Shown here: piece after piece, positions 17,489-25,504 of the stretch | Numbering within the stretch: position 1 is the stretch's first letter | Layout of the letters: each line of letters opens with the position of its first letter | Origin: a virus | Lineage: Duplodnaviria > Caudoviricetes | Virus record (IMG/VR): IMGVR_UViG_3300030103_003426 | Location: 1 to 27,331 of that record | DNA: 27,331 nucleotides | Strand: one strand, 5' to 3' | Made by a program: the position numbers and the translations under genes | Notes under the pieces: generated by a model | The model's database searches: none | Seen by the model: the letters and a program-made list of their open reading frames with translations, nothing else | Told to the model about the DNA's origin: nothing

Positions 17489-19197
17489 TGATACATCCAG
17501 ATGATGCATCAGGTGGAGAAATCTGCTTTTTGTTAGATGTTGACTGGCTTGGAATGACATACCGGTTCAGCACTGTGCCCATTGATTTGATTGATGCACA
17601 GACCAATCAAACATTCAGATACAATGGTGGTCTTGGTGATCCAAGTGTGGACCAGCAGACAGAGTTTGTTGGATTCAACATTGATGCAAACAGTGTTTCA
17701 TTGGACTTGACTTGGAATGACATTGATTGGATTGCAGAGTGGAAGCAGGGCCGCAGTTTGGATTTGGCTGCTGCAGAACTGTCCATGATTATTGTCAAAG
17801 ATGGCAGCACACTCTTCAAGTATGAAGACCGCGTGCAGTTGTTCACAGGTAAGGTCAAAGATCCAATCATTGGGACTCCAACAAAACCAGCAGGCAACAT
17901 CATATTCAGTATTGAGAACAGCACCAATCTGATTCAAAAGAAACTGCTGGATAACTCATTTGAAATTGATCCATTTGTCTTTCCAGGACTCGACCAACGT
18001 GCAGCGACTTTGGGTAAAATCATTGATGTTCCTGTTGGGCAATATGTTCCATTTGTGTTTGGACAGGTTGGAAACTGGCCACTCAGGTCTTCCGGTAGTG
18101 CAAGATTTGAGACCATAAGTGATGCCAAAGTGACTCCAGCATACATCATTGATGCAACTGGTTCCGGTGCAGCCATTGAAATCACTTTGATCATTGCAAT
18201 GGGTGAAGTGGGTGCAAGTCGCATCAGAATCTTTGATGATGCTGGTGGAAACTTTGTCAATAATGTGTCAACTGCTTTGAATGCTGATGGCAATCGGTAT
18301 TCATTCACCACATACAAAGTTGGCCATGTGATTGAAGATAATTCCTTTGTACCTGGACTGGATGAAGATCAGACATTCTGGTGCAGCTGGGGTGAATATG
18401 GTGAAGGCATCCAAGACCCATTGACCGGACAAAGTCTGTCTGGTGGTGGGAATCTCTCCATATTTTGTCTAGAGCGCAGTGGACTGGAATACAACAGAGA
18501 AGCATGGATTGGATTGCTGCCAGTTCTGAACCGATACAAGTTTGCTGGATTCATGAATGACCCAAGTGTATTGGTTATGGATTGGTATAGACAGAACATT
18601 GTGAAAAATTTGCCTATTGAAGTCTTTCCAGGTGAACAAGGTATTGAACCAAGATTGAATCTATATTTTACTCAGGATCAAATCAGACCACAGCACCACA
18701 TTCTGGAATCTGGAATGTTTGAAGTCCAGACAGGTCTGCAGCCATTGCCAGTTGACCCCATCAACAAAGTTACCATCAAATACTGCTACACAGCCAGACT
18801 TGATCACTATCTGGCAAGCATCTCCATTGATCCACAGCACACTGGAAATCAGAACCCATTTGTACAGCGTGATCCAGTCAGTGATTTGTCATTCAGTCGG
18901 TTTGGATTGCGTGAAGTGGTGATGGAACTTCCATTTGTTTGGGATTTGCACACAGCCTACAGGATAGCCAGAGACAGAATCAGAATCAGTGGATTGGGTG
19001 CATTTGGTGTGGAAGTGTTCGCCTTTCCTCAGTTTGGGTATCTCCAGATTGGAGATGTGATCAGCTTCACCAGCACAAATCTGCAACTGGATGCACACAA
19101 ATGTCAGATTGTTGGAAAAAGCTGGAGTGGTGGAAAGTGGAGATTTGTACTGCACATGGAAGAAAACACAATGGTCAATGCCAGACAACTTGCATGA
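17488..19197 (+). CDS. Tail hub/baseplate-like protein, 569 aa
   Basis: TAATG coupling. YVPFVFG, SFSRFGLRE and LQIGDVISF are typical of siphophage hub (Tal-like) proteins. Confidence 0.7.
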   Translation: MIHPDDASGGEICFLLDVDWLGMTYRFSTVPIDLIDAQTNQTFRYNGGLGDPSVDQQTEFVGFNIDANSVSLDLTWNDIDWIAEWKQGRSLDLAAAELSMIIVKDGSTLFKYEDRVQLFTGKVKDPIIGTPTKPAGNIIFSIENSTNLIQKKLLDNSFEIDPFVFPGLDQRAATLGKIIDVPVGQYVPFVFGQVGNWPLRSSGSARFETISDAKVTPAYIIDATGSGAAIEITLIIAMGEVGASRIRIFDDAGGNFVNNVSTALNADGNRYSFTTYKVGHVIEDNSFVPGLDEDQTFWCSWGEYGEGIQDPLTGQSLSGGGNLSIFCLERSGLEYNREAWIGLLPVLNRYKFAGFMNDPSVLVMDWYRQNIVKNLPIEVFPGEQGIEPRLNLYFTQDQIRPQHHILESGMFEVQTGLQPLPVDPINKVTIKYCYTARLDHYLASISIDPQHTGNQNPFVQRDPVSDLSFSRFGLREVVMELPFVWDLHTAYRIARDRIRISGLGAFGVEVFAFPQFGYLQIGDVISFTSTNLQLDAHKCQIVGKSWSGGKWRFVLHMEENTMVNARQLA

Positions 19198-19212
19198 ATG
19201 ACACTTGAATGA

Positions 19213-19221
19213 TGTTAAAAT
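19213..19221 (+). promoter_or_regulatory. Extended -10 promoter (TGTTAAAAT), probable leaderless start of the endolysin gene
   Basis: TGn+TAAAAT; ATG 19228 begins 7 nt after the hexamer; no SD sequence. Confidence 0.55.
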
Positions 19222-19227
19222 GTGCGC

Positions 19228-19818
19228 ATGATAGTATTTATAGACAGACAGCATGCAGGCAAACCAAGCAAGATTGATGATAGGGGTGCAGCTGTAGACA
19301 TCAATGGTGATGGAGACATCACAAGTGATGAACAAGAAGCGCACTGGACTGGTTATATCAGTCTGATTCTGGAACAAAGATTGCTGCAAATGGGACACAA
19401 AGTGATACCCATCAGTGATGGTTCATACGCATCCAGACATGCACGGGTCAATGAATATGCCAGCAGATATGATGAACCAATGGTGTATCTGGCCATGCAT
19501 CTGAATGCTGGTGGTGGTCATTATGGGTCATTTTTCTATGACTGTCGCAGCAGCGCAGGAAAAGAACTGGCTGAAGACCTTTGTGATGGGATGCGCTCCA
19601 CAATCAAGACCATCAGAACATTCAAAGGAATAGAGTGCAAACCGGATGACTGGACAAAGAATGCATTTTATACAATCAAAGGAGTTGGAAGACCAGTTGC
19701 AATATGCTGTGAACCCATCTTCATGGACACACATATTGATTTGTTGAATGCCTATGGTGCAGCCCAGATTGCTTTGGGTATGGCTCATGGCCTTAACAAA
19801 TGGGAGCACAAGCAATGA
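19228..19818 (+). CDS. Endolysin, zinc N-acetylmuramoyl-L-alanine amidase (Amidase_3-like), 196 aa
   Basis: VFIDRQHAG (His), downstream Glu, R-x-x-R-x-N (SRHARVNE), YLAMHLNAG (His) and AICCEPIFMD (catalytic Glu). Followed by a holin-like gene. Confidence 0.85.
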   Translation: MIVFIDRQHAGKPSKIDDRGAAVDINGDGDITSDEQEAHWTGYISLILEQRLLQMGHKVIPISDGSYASRHARVNEYASRYDEPMVYLAMHLNAGGGHYGSFFYDCRSSAGKELAEDLCDGMRSTIKTIRTFKGIECKPDDWTKNAFYTIKGVGRPVAICCEPIFMDTHIDLLNAYGAAQIALGMAHGLNKWEHKQ

Positions 19819-20096
19819 CAGAACAAATCATGATTCAAGCACTGACAGGACCTGTTGCAGCACTGGCATTGTGTTTGCTGGCCATTTATGGCATTGGAAA
19901 ATGGTTGGCCAATCACCTTCCCAAATGGGTTGACAGACATCTGAAGCAGATTGACAACATTGTGGAATCACACCACCAAGATCGAGAAGTATACAAAGAA
20001 GGATTGACCACATTAACAACCAGTCTCACCAGTCTACGTGGTGAAGTGGATGTGATCAAGGAAGATGTCAAGGAAATCAAACACTCCATCAAATAG
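19815..20096 (+). CDS. Putative holin (single TM plus coiled coil), 93 aa
   Basis: ATGA coupling to the amidase. N-terminal hydrophobic helix and C-terminal coiled coil. Confidence 0.65.
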   Translation: MTEQIMIQALTGPVAALALCLLAIYGIGKWLANHLPKWVDRHLKQIDNIVESHHQDREVYKEGLTTLTTSLTSLRGEVDVIKEDVKEIKHSIK

Positions 20097-20610
20097 GAGA
20101 TTCAATAATCTTGATTATGTGGTCATCCAATCCATAATCCAGAAAAGAAATCTTCTTGAAAATGGTGTGGTCATTCTTGTTCTGAACCATGAATCTTGGG
20201 AAACATTCAAAATACTGGTCAACAACTGTCAGCAGCTTCACAGTTGGAATCATGGCAATATATGATTTCCCTTGAAAGAAAAAGCCTTCAATGGTCCAAT
20301 CAGACAACAGACCACCTGAGTGAAATGCATCCAATCTGCTGTCCAACTCCAGTTTCCTGAATGGGTCACTGGTCCTTTTCCATCTCAGTGCAAAGTGTTG
20401 TCTGGGCATTCCCTTCCAAACTCTGGCTGCAATGGTGGTGGTGTGTGCTCCATTTGTGATCACATAATCAATACCATGTTCATAATCCAATGGGTCACCA
20501 TTGCACGAGTGCCAAACACCTGGAAACCGAGTTTGCACCAATGGCAATATCCACTTTTCAAAGTTTTGTTCACCGTATGTCATTCGGTCTTTTCGATTCA
20601 TTACATTCAT
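20089..20610 (-). CDS. Hypothetical protein, possible PD-(D/E)XK nuclease-fold, 173 aa
   Basis: Early GEQNFE helix and DYEHGIDYVIT resemble restriction-like folds, but the D/E-x-K position reads AAR. Has its own extended -10 promoter. Confidence 0.65.
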   Translation of the reverse strand: MNVMNRKDRMTYGEQNFEKWILPLVQTRFPGVWHSCNGDPLDYEHGIDYVITNGAHTTTIAARVWKGMPRQHFALRWKRTSDPFRKLELDSRLDAFHSGGLLSDWTIEGFFFQGKSYIAMIPTVKLLTVVDQYFECFPRFMVQNKNDHTIFKKISFLDYGLDDHIIKIIESPI

Positions 20611-20616
20611 GGCCAC

Positions 20617-20625
20617 AGTATAACA
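20617..20625 (-). promoter_or_regulatory. Extended -10 promoter (TGTTATACT), probable leaderless start
   Basis: On the minus strand TGn+TATACT; the ATG (A at 20610) begins 7 nt downstream. Confidence 0.6.
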
Positions 20626-20720
20626 CTATTTATTTTCATTTTATTGTGCATGTATGTGAACGAATAGTGTATATTTATAAACATGCACATGAAGTGTATG
20701 AACAATCAAAGAGGCACACA

Positions 20721-20951
20721 ATGAACAAGTTCTATATCATCGAAAACAGATTCAATGCAGAATGTAAAAGAGAATACTATCTTGAAGTCATAATCAAAGC
20801 AGAAACCAAAAGAAAGGCACAAAGCAAAGCCAAGAAGATTTTTGGTATTTCATTCAGTGGTCAGTTTGGTGCAATGTGCTTGACTGAAGAAAAGGCAAAA
20901 GAGTTCCACAACTTGAAAGATGCTGCTGGGTATCTTGTATTTGACAAATAA
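20721..20951 (+). CDS. Hypothetical basic protein, 76 aa
   Basis: GAGG RBS at 20711; first gene of the rightward unit after the divergent region. Confidence 0.75.
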   Translation: MNKFYIIENRFNAECKREYYLEVIIKAETKRKAQSKAKKIFGISFSGQFGAMCLTEEKAKEFHNLKDAAGYLVFDK

Positions 20952-20962
20952 GGAGGTTCAAA

Positions 20963-21070
20963 ATGAACAAGCACACCAAAGACACAATCACTGGTCACAT
21001 CATCGTGACTGGTGCATTTCTGATGATTCCAACCACGTTTGCAATCCTTTGCTGGATGGCTGGAGTATGA
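20963..21070 (+). CDS. Small membrane peptide, 35 aa (not in the ORF track)
   Basis: AGGAGGT at 20951-20957. MNKHTKDTITGHIIVTGAFLMIPTTFAILCWMAGV; stop overlaps the next ATG (ATGA). Confidence 0.75.
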   Translation: MNKHTKDTITGHIIVTGAFLMIPTTFAILCWMAGV

Positions 21071-21279
21071 CAACACAAATCATTTACATATTGATTGTGG
21101 TTCTGAATCCATTCTGTGATGCAGAATCCAAAGTGTTCCACTCTTTCAATGCTGCTGTGCATCATGCGCTTCAGCTTTTTGACCTGTCTGAACTGTCATG
21201 GCCACAGTTCCAAGATTGGTTGATTGAAAACAGACCATTCACACAAGTACAAATACAACAGTTCAACATGGAGATATGA
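21067..21279 (+). CDS. Hypothetical protein, 70 aa
   Basis: ATGA-coupled at both ends; starts MTTQIIYILIVVLNP. Confidence 0.65.
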   Translation: MTTQIIYILIVVLNPFCDAESKVFHSFNAAVHHALQLFDLSELSWPQFQDWLIENRPFTQVQIQQFNMEI

Positions 21280-21524
21280 TGAACACACCAGAGACAATCC
21301 AGAAATACATGGCAGAACTTGATTGGAGTGTCATTGATCTAGCACGCAAAACATTGATTCATCATGTACTGTTGGAACAATACTTTGATGGGAAAGAGCC
21401 ATTGACCAAACATCAAGTGATGAACATCATCAACAAAATCACGCTGCAGTATCCACCAGAGAAGCACTGGAGCATCTATCATGAAATCATTGTGCAACCA
21501 GAAATGAGAGGAAAGAACAAATGA
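21276..21524 (+). CDS. Degenerate XRE-like HTH protein, 82 aa
   Basis: IQKYMAELDWSVIDLARKTLIHHVLLEQYFDGKEPLT follows the XRE helix spacing. Confidence 0.65.
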   Translation: MMNTPETIQKYMAELDWSVIDLARKTLIHHVLLEQYFDGKEPLTKHQVMNIINKITLQYPPEKHWSIYHEIIVQPEMRGKNK

Positions 21525-22006
21525 GAAATATAAGAGAATACATCAAAGAGCATGGAAGAGTGGCAGCGCGCCTGAAGTTTGGTGACAGGATTGATGATAT
21601 GCCCATCAAGATTGCAGGTGTTCAGGTGGGTATGCTGTCACGTTATCACCATGACCAATATGGTTGCTGGGTATGGCAAGCAACAGTGGAATACAATCAT
21701 CAAGAATACATTTTCATTGACTTTGAGAGCCAGCAGAACTGTTTGAACTGGGCAAAGAGAAAAGTGGAAGCACTCATGAATCCAATGTTTGGCATGATGC
21801 TCCGACAGGAGATTGCATCCAGTCCTTTGACAGTGGAACAGATTGCAACGGTTGCAAACTGCTCCAGATATGTGATTTTCAAGTGGATGCGCAGTGAATC
21901 ATGGCCACCCATCCACACAGCAAAACGCATTGCAGCTGCAATCTCACCAATGGGATATGCTCCAATGTTTGATGTTTGGTGTGAACAGATTGAACTGGAG
22001 CAGTGA
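21521..22006 (+). CDS. Two-domain protein with C-terminal XRE HTH, 161 aa
   Basis: FGMMLRQEI...LTVEQIATVANCSRYVIFKWMRSESWP; GAGG RBS. Confidence 0.75.
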   Translation: MRNIREYIKEHGRVAARLKFGDRIDDMPIKIAGVQVGMLSRYHHDQYGCWVWQATVEYNHQEYIFIDFESQQNCLNWAKRKVEALMNPMFGMMLRQEIASSPLTVEQIATVANCSRYVIFKWMRSESWPPIHTAKRIAAAISPMGYAPMFDVWCEQIELEQ

Positions 22007-22416
22007 TGAACTGGATACTTCACAGTCAAGGAACATTTCACGCTGACCCAGTTGCATTGGGTCGGCCTAGAATGTCAAGATGGGGTGCATATACTCCAAA
22101 GAAGTCTATTGAATACCAAAGAGAAATGCTGAAGGGTATTGAGATTGACCATGAACCAATCACTGGTCCAATCAAAGTCAGCATGTCATTTTGCCACAAA
22201 AGACCAGCCAGATTGAGCCGGAAAAAGGACACAGTGGCAAGAATCCCAAAGGTCACCAAACCAGACATTGACAATATGATCAAGATGGTTCTGGATGTGT
22301 TGACTAAAGCTGGAGCATGGAACGATGACAATCAAGTTGTCAGTGTTCATGCAGAAGACTGGTACTGCAGCAAATCAGAAGAACCACACACACAATGGAG
22401 GATATACACACTATGA
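22003..22416 (+). CDS. rusA: RusA-family Holliday junction resolvase
   Basis: RPR...YTPK at the N-terminus; catalytic KPDIDNMIKMVLDVL and WNDDNQV. Confidence 0.92.
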   Translation: MMNWILHSQGTFHADPVALGRPRMSRWGAYTPKKSIEYQREMLKGIEIDHEPITGPIKVSMSFCHKRPARLSRKKDTVARIPKVTKPDIDNMIKMVLDVLTKAGAWNDDNQVVSVHAEDWYCSKSEEPHTQWRIYTL

Positions 22417-23294
22417 ACACAAGAACAACCTGGACACTGAGCACTTTTACCAGTTTAACTGATACCCGAGCAAACCAACACAAAATGACATTTGCACAAC
22501 TGTGCAAGGGATTCACAACCCAATATGGAGACAAGATGATCAAAGAGAAGAAATCTTTGTCTCTATGGTCTCCAACCACCTTCACAAACAACAGGAGAAG
22601 TGGAGCAACAGCCGACCTGATACATTTTCTCGTTTATGACATTGATGATGGATTCACACCATTTGACACTTGGAGGTTGTTCCATGAATACAATGTGATT
22701 GCCCACACCAGCTTCAGCCATAAACCAAACCACCACAAATACAGAATCATCTTGCCTCTGTTGCATCCAGTTCCAGCACATGATTGGAATCGTGCCAGTG
22801 TTGCTGCCAAAGGTCTTTGGGATGTGATTGTTGGTGCAGGAGAACCAGACCCATCAGCACTGAATGACAGAGCCAGAGCATATTTCAGATATGGTGTGCC
22901 AATGCCACCATCACCAGAGATGACTTCACAACACCCATTGTTCCCACCAAACTTTCATCAGACTGCATGGAATGTTGGCCGGCCTTTTAATCTCGAGTAT
23001 GAAAACATTGTTATCAAGCATCCAGTCAAGAAAAAGTATGTTCCAAAGGTTTACAACAATGGCAAAGCATCCATCTCTGAAGTGATGATGGACCCAAGTT
23101 TCAGACTTGCATTTGCGCATAAGACCGCAGCAACCATTCAAGGGAATGAAGCAAGGTACATACAATGTCCACAATGTGGTCGAAATAGTGTACACTTCAG
23201 TCTTGACCCATCCATACCAACTTCATACAAGTGGCCAACCTGCAACCATGCAAACTCATGTGGATGGTATGGCAGATTTGAACAACTGATATGA
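22413..23294 (+). CDS. AEP-like primase domain protein with C-terminal zinc finger, 293 aa
   Basis: Motifs VYDIDDG, HTSFSH and KYRIILPL; C-terminal CPQC...CNHANSC. Lies upstream of the helicase. Confidence 0.8.
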   Translation: MNTRTTWTLSTFTSLTDTRANQHKMTFAQLCKGFTTQYGDKMIKEKKSLSLWSPTTFTNNRRSGATADLIHFLVYDIDDGFTPFDTWRLFHEYNVIAHTSFSHKPNHHKYRIILPLLHPVPAHDWNRASVAAKGLWDVIVGAGEPDPSALNDRARAYFRYGVPMPPSPEMTSQHPLFPPNFHQTAWNVGRPFNLEYENIVIKHPVKKKYVPKVYNNGKASISEVMMDPSFRLAFAHKTAATIQGNEARYIQCPQCGRNSVHFSLDPSIPTSYKWPTCNHANSCGWYGRFEQLI

Positions 23295-23337
23295 TACCGA
23301 CCAGTAACAAAACAACCAACCACAAAAGAGACAAAAA

Positions 23338-24627
23338 ATGACATTGAAACACATGACACAAAAAGAAAGAACACAACTACTGATTGAACTAGCACAAGAA
23401 GCAACTGGACTGGTGGTGGAGGACAAAGGCAACCCACCGGAAGCAGACATTGACACTTGGGACATGTTACGCAAATCAACAAAACGAGGAACAAACATCA
23501 TGATACCTGTCAACTGTAGATGGAACACGGCCAGCATACTCCGAAGTGACCCAAGATATGCATCACTTTGCTACAATGAACACAGTGATCAAATCTTGCT
23601 TGATGGTGAGATGGTCAGTGATGTAACATTGGAACGCATTGCATTGAACTTCGAGGAGCACTACAGATACAGAGTAACAGACAAAGCATTGCGTGCTTCA
23701 GTCATCATGGTTGCCCAAGAAAGAACCATTGAACCAATCAAAGACTGGATTCAGCACCTTCCAGACTGGGATGGAGAATACAGAATCAATGTATTCTTTG
23801 AAGACATCTTGAATGCCAAGACACCTGATGGAACTGAAGCACTGGTATCAGAGATGTCAGCAAAATGGTTCATTAGTTGTGTTGCCAGAGTGATGCAACC
23901 TGGATGCAAGATGGACACATGCATGGTTCTGGTTGGTCCAAAGGGAATGCGCAAATCAACTGCACTGAAACTGTTGGCCGGTGAAGAATGGTTCAGTGAT
24001 TCCAACATTAACATCAGTCACAAAGATTCATATGAACTGTTGCATCAATCTGGTGTTTGGATTTGGGAGTTGGCAGAAATGCATGCACTTCAAGGAAAGA
24101 CAGCTGCGAATGCAAAACAATTTCTAACTTCAGCCAGTGACAGATACAGACCAGCATATGCCAAGATGCCAGTTCAGAGACAGAGAAGAACAGTGTTCAC
24201 AGCATCGACAAATGATTATCAGTTCTTGTCTGATGGTCCAGAACGCAGATTTTGGATTGTGGAGATTACAGATAAGATTGACACTGAATACATTGTGAAC
24301 AATCGCAATCAGTTGTGGGCTGAAGCATTGCACTGGTACAATCAAGGAGAACTTTGGTGGTTGACTGAAGAGAGTGAAGACAGGTTGATGGAGTATCAAC
24401 AAGCGTTCATTCTTGATGATGCTTGGACAGTCAAAGTCTTGGACTGTATTAAGCAGAACGGTGGATATGCTACCACAACACAAATTATGGATTTTCTTAA
24501 TCTGTCTGCAGCAAATCAACATCAAGGATTTACAAAACGCATTGCACAGATATGCAGAGACTGTGGATATGAACAGTTCTACTCAAGCAAGAACAAATGC
24601 AGAATGTGGAGAGCCAAACAGGATTGA
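23338..24627 (+). CDS. VirE/VapE-family P-loop helicase, 429 aa
   Basis: VARVMQPGCKMD, Walker A GPKGMRKST, Walker B WIWELAEM, DRYRPAY, TASTN, ERRFW and RNQLWAEA. Confidence 0.9.
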   Translation: MTLKHMTQKERTQLLIELAQEATGLVVEDKGNPPEADIDTWDMLRKSTKRGTNIMIPVNCRWNTASILRSDPRYASLCYNEHSDQILLDGEMVSDVTLERIALNFEEHYRYRVTDKALRASVIMVAQERTIEPIKDWIQHLPDWDGEYRINVFFEDILNAKTPDGTEALVSEMSAKWFISCVARVMQPGCKMDTCMVLVGPKGMRKSTALKLLAGEEWFSDSNINISHKDSYELLHQSGVWIWELAEMHALQGKTAANAKQFLTSASDRYRPAYAKMPVQRQRRTVFTASTNDYQFLSDGPERRFWIVEITDKIDTEYIVNNRNQLWAEALHWYNQGELWWLTEESEDRLMEYQQAFILDDAWTVKVLDCIKQNGGYATTTQIMDFLNLSAANQHQGFTKRIAQICRDCGYEQFYSSKNKCRMWRAKQD

Positions 24628-24690
24628 ATCAGTTATATTGTAAATGAACTGGGGCAATCAGTTTGTATAGAAAGTTTAGATGGTTGTTTT

Positions 24691-24723
24691 GGGTAGCTTG
24701 CTTGGTTGGTGGGCTACCCTTTT
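24691..24723 (+). terminator. Intrinsic terminator closing the replication operon
   Basis: GGGTAGCTTGC-7nt-GTGGGCTACCC 11-bp stem followed by TTTT. Confidence 0.7.
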
Positions 24724-24813
24724 CCATTTTAGAAACCAAAAGCAATTCACAATCAAATGTGAATCCAACCATTTTGATCTCTGAATCAACTAAATTACTA
24801 TTTTTATGTGAAT

Positions 24814-25103
24814 CAATACACCAGATTGCAGTGAAAATACACCAAAATACACCACCAAAATATATCCATACAACTGGTTGAACCTAGTCAATGACCATAT
24901 TTCAGTCCATTTCTCATGGTCACTGTTCTAGTTCATATAATATATATGTGATTACTCAAAAATTTTTGATTGATTTTAACCTATTATATATATATAATAC
25001 CCTATATACTCGATAGTAACGGATCAAAATGATAATACAGGTATCTGTATTCTGGTGTATTTACGTGTATTTACGTGTATTTCTTGGCAATTGTGGTGTA
25101 TTG
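24814..25103. repeat. Candidate replication origin: inverted AATACAC iteron arrays flanking an AT-rich core
   Basis: AATACAC three times on the left and GTGTATT four times on the right. Three pairs are symmetric about 24958/24959. Non-coding, next to primase/helicase. Confidence 0.7.
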
Positions 25104-25104
25104 G

Positions 25105-25449
25105 TCACTTTGATTCCAGTTCTTTGATGGCACGCTTGACCCATCTTTGACCATCCCGACCCCCCCAAAGAGCAAATGCAATGGCTGCTTTGGATGTTTT
25201 GTCCTGTCTTGCCTTCGCTTCAGCTTTAGATTCACCATGTCTGGCAAACCATGCATCCATCAATCTCAGTTGTTCCAAGTCTACTTTTCCACTAGACAAC
25301 CTGCGTGCTGTACGCATTCCCGTTCCTGGAACTCGTTTGTTATTTTGGTCTTTGTATGATGCTCTTTTTGAGATGGGCAGTGACAGATTGTATTCAATGG
25401 CTCTGTTTGCAATCAGTTGGATTCTTTTTGGCACTGTGATTGTTGGCAT
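25105..25449 (-). CDS. Basic protein with 'ALWGG..G..W' motif, 114 aa
   Basis: AGGA RBS. GTGMRTARRL, MDAWFARH and IAFALWGGRDGQRW form a motif set I recognise from phage head-associated proteins. Confidence 0.8.
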   Translation of the reverse strand: MPTITVPKRIQLIANRAIEYNLSLPISKRASYKDQNNKRVPGTGMRTARRLSSGKVDLEQLRLMDAWFARHGESKAEAKARQDKTSKAAIAFALWGGRDGQRWVKRAIKELESK

Positions 25450-25489
25450 GATTGTTGTCCTGATATGAATAGTTAAACTTGATTTTATG

Positions 25490-25498
25490 TGTTACTCT
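25490..25498 (+). promoter_or_regulatory. Extended -10 promoter (TGTTACTCT), probable leaderless start
   Basis: TGn+TACTCT; ATG 25505 begins 7 nt downstream; no SD sequence. Confidence 0.5.
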
Positions 25499-25504
25499 TC
25501 ACAT

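Noticed and set aside
20683-20724. 13-codon leader ORF ending on ATG 20721
   Set aside because: The downstream gene has its own GAGG RBS, and so short an overlap arises easily by chance.
24663-24881. 72-aa ORF in the origin region
   Set aside because: TTG start without RBS, and it runs through a terminator and the iteron array.
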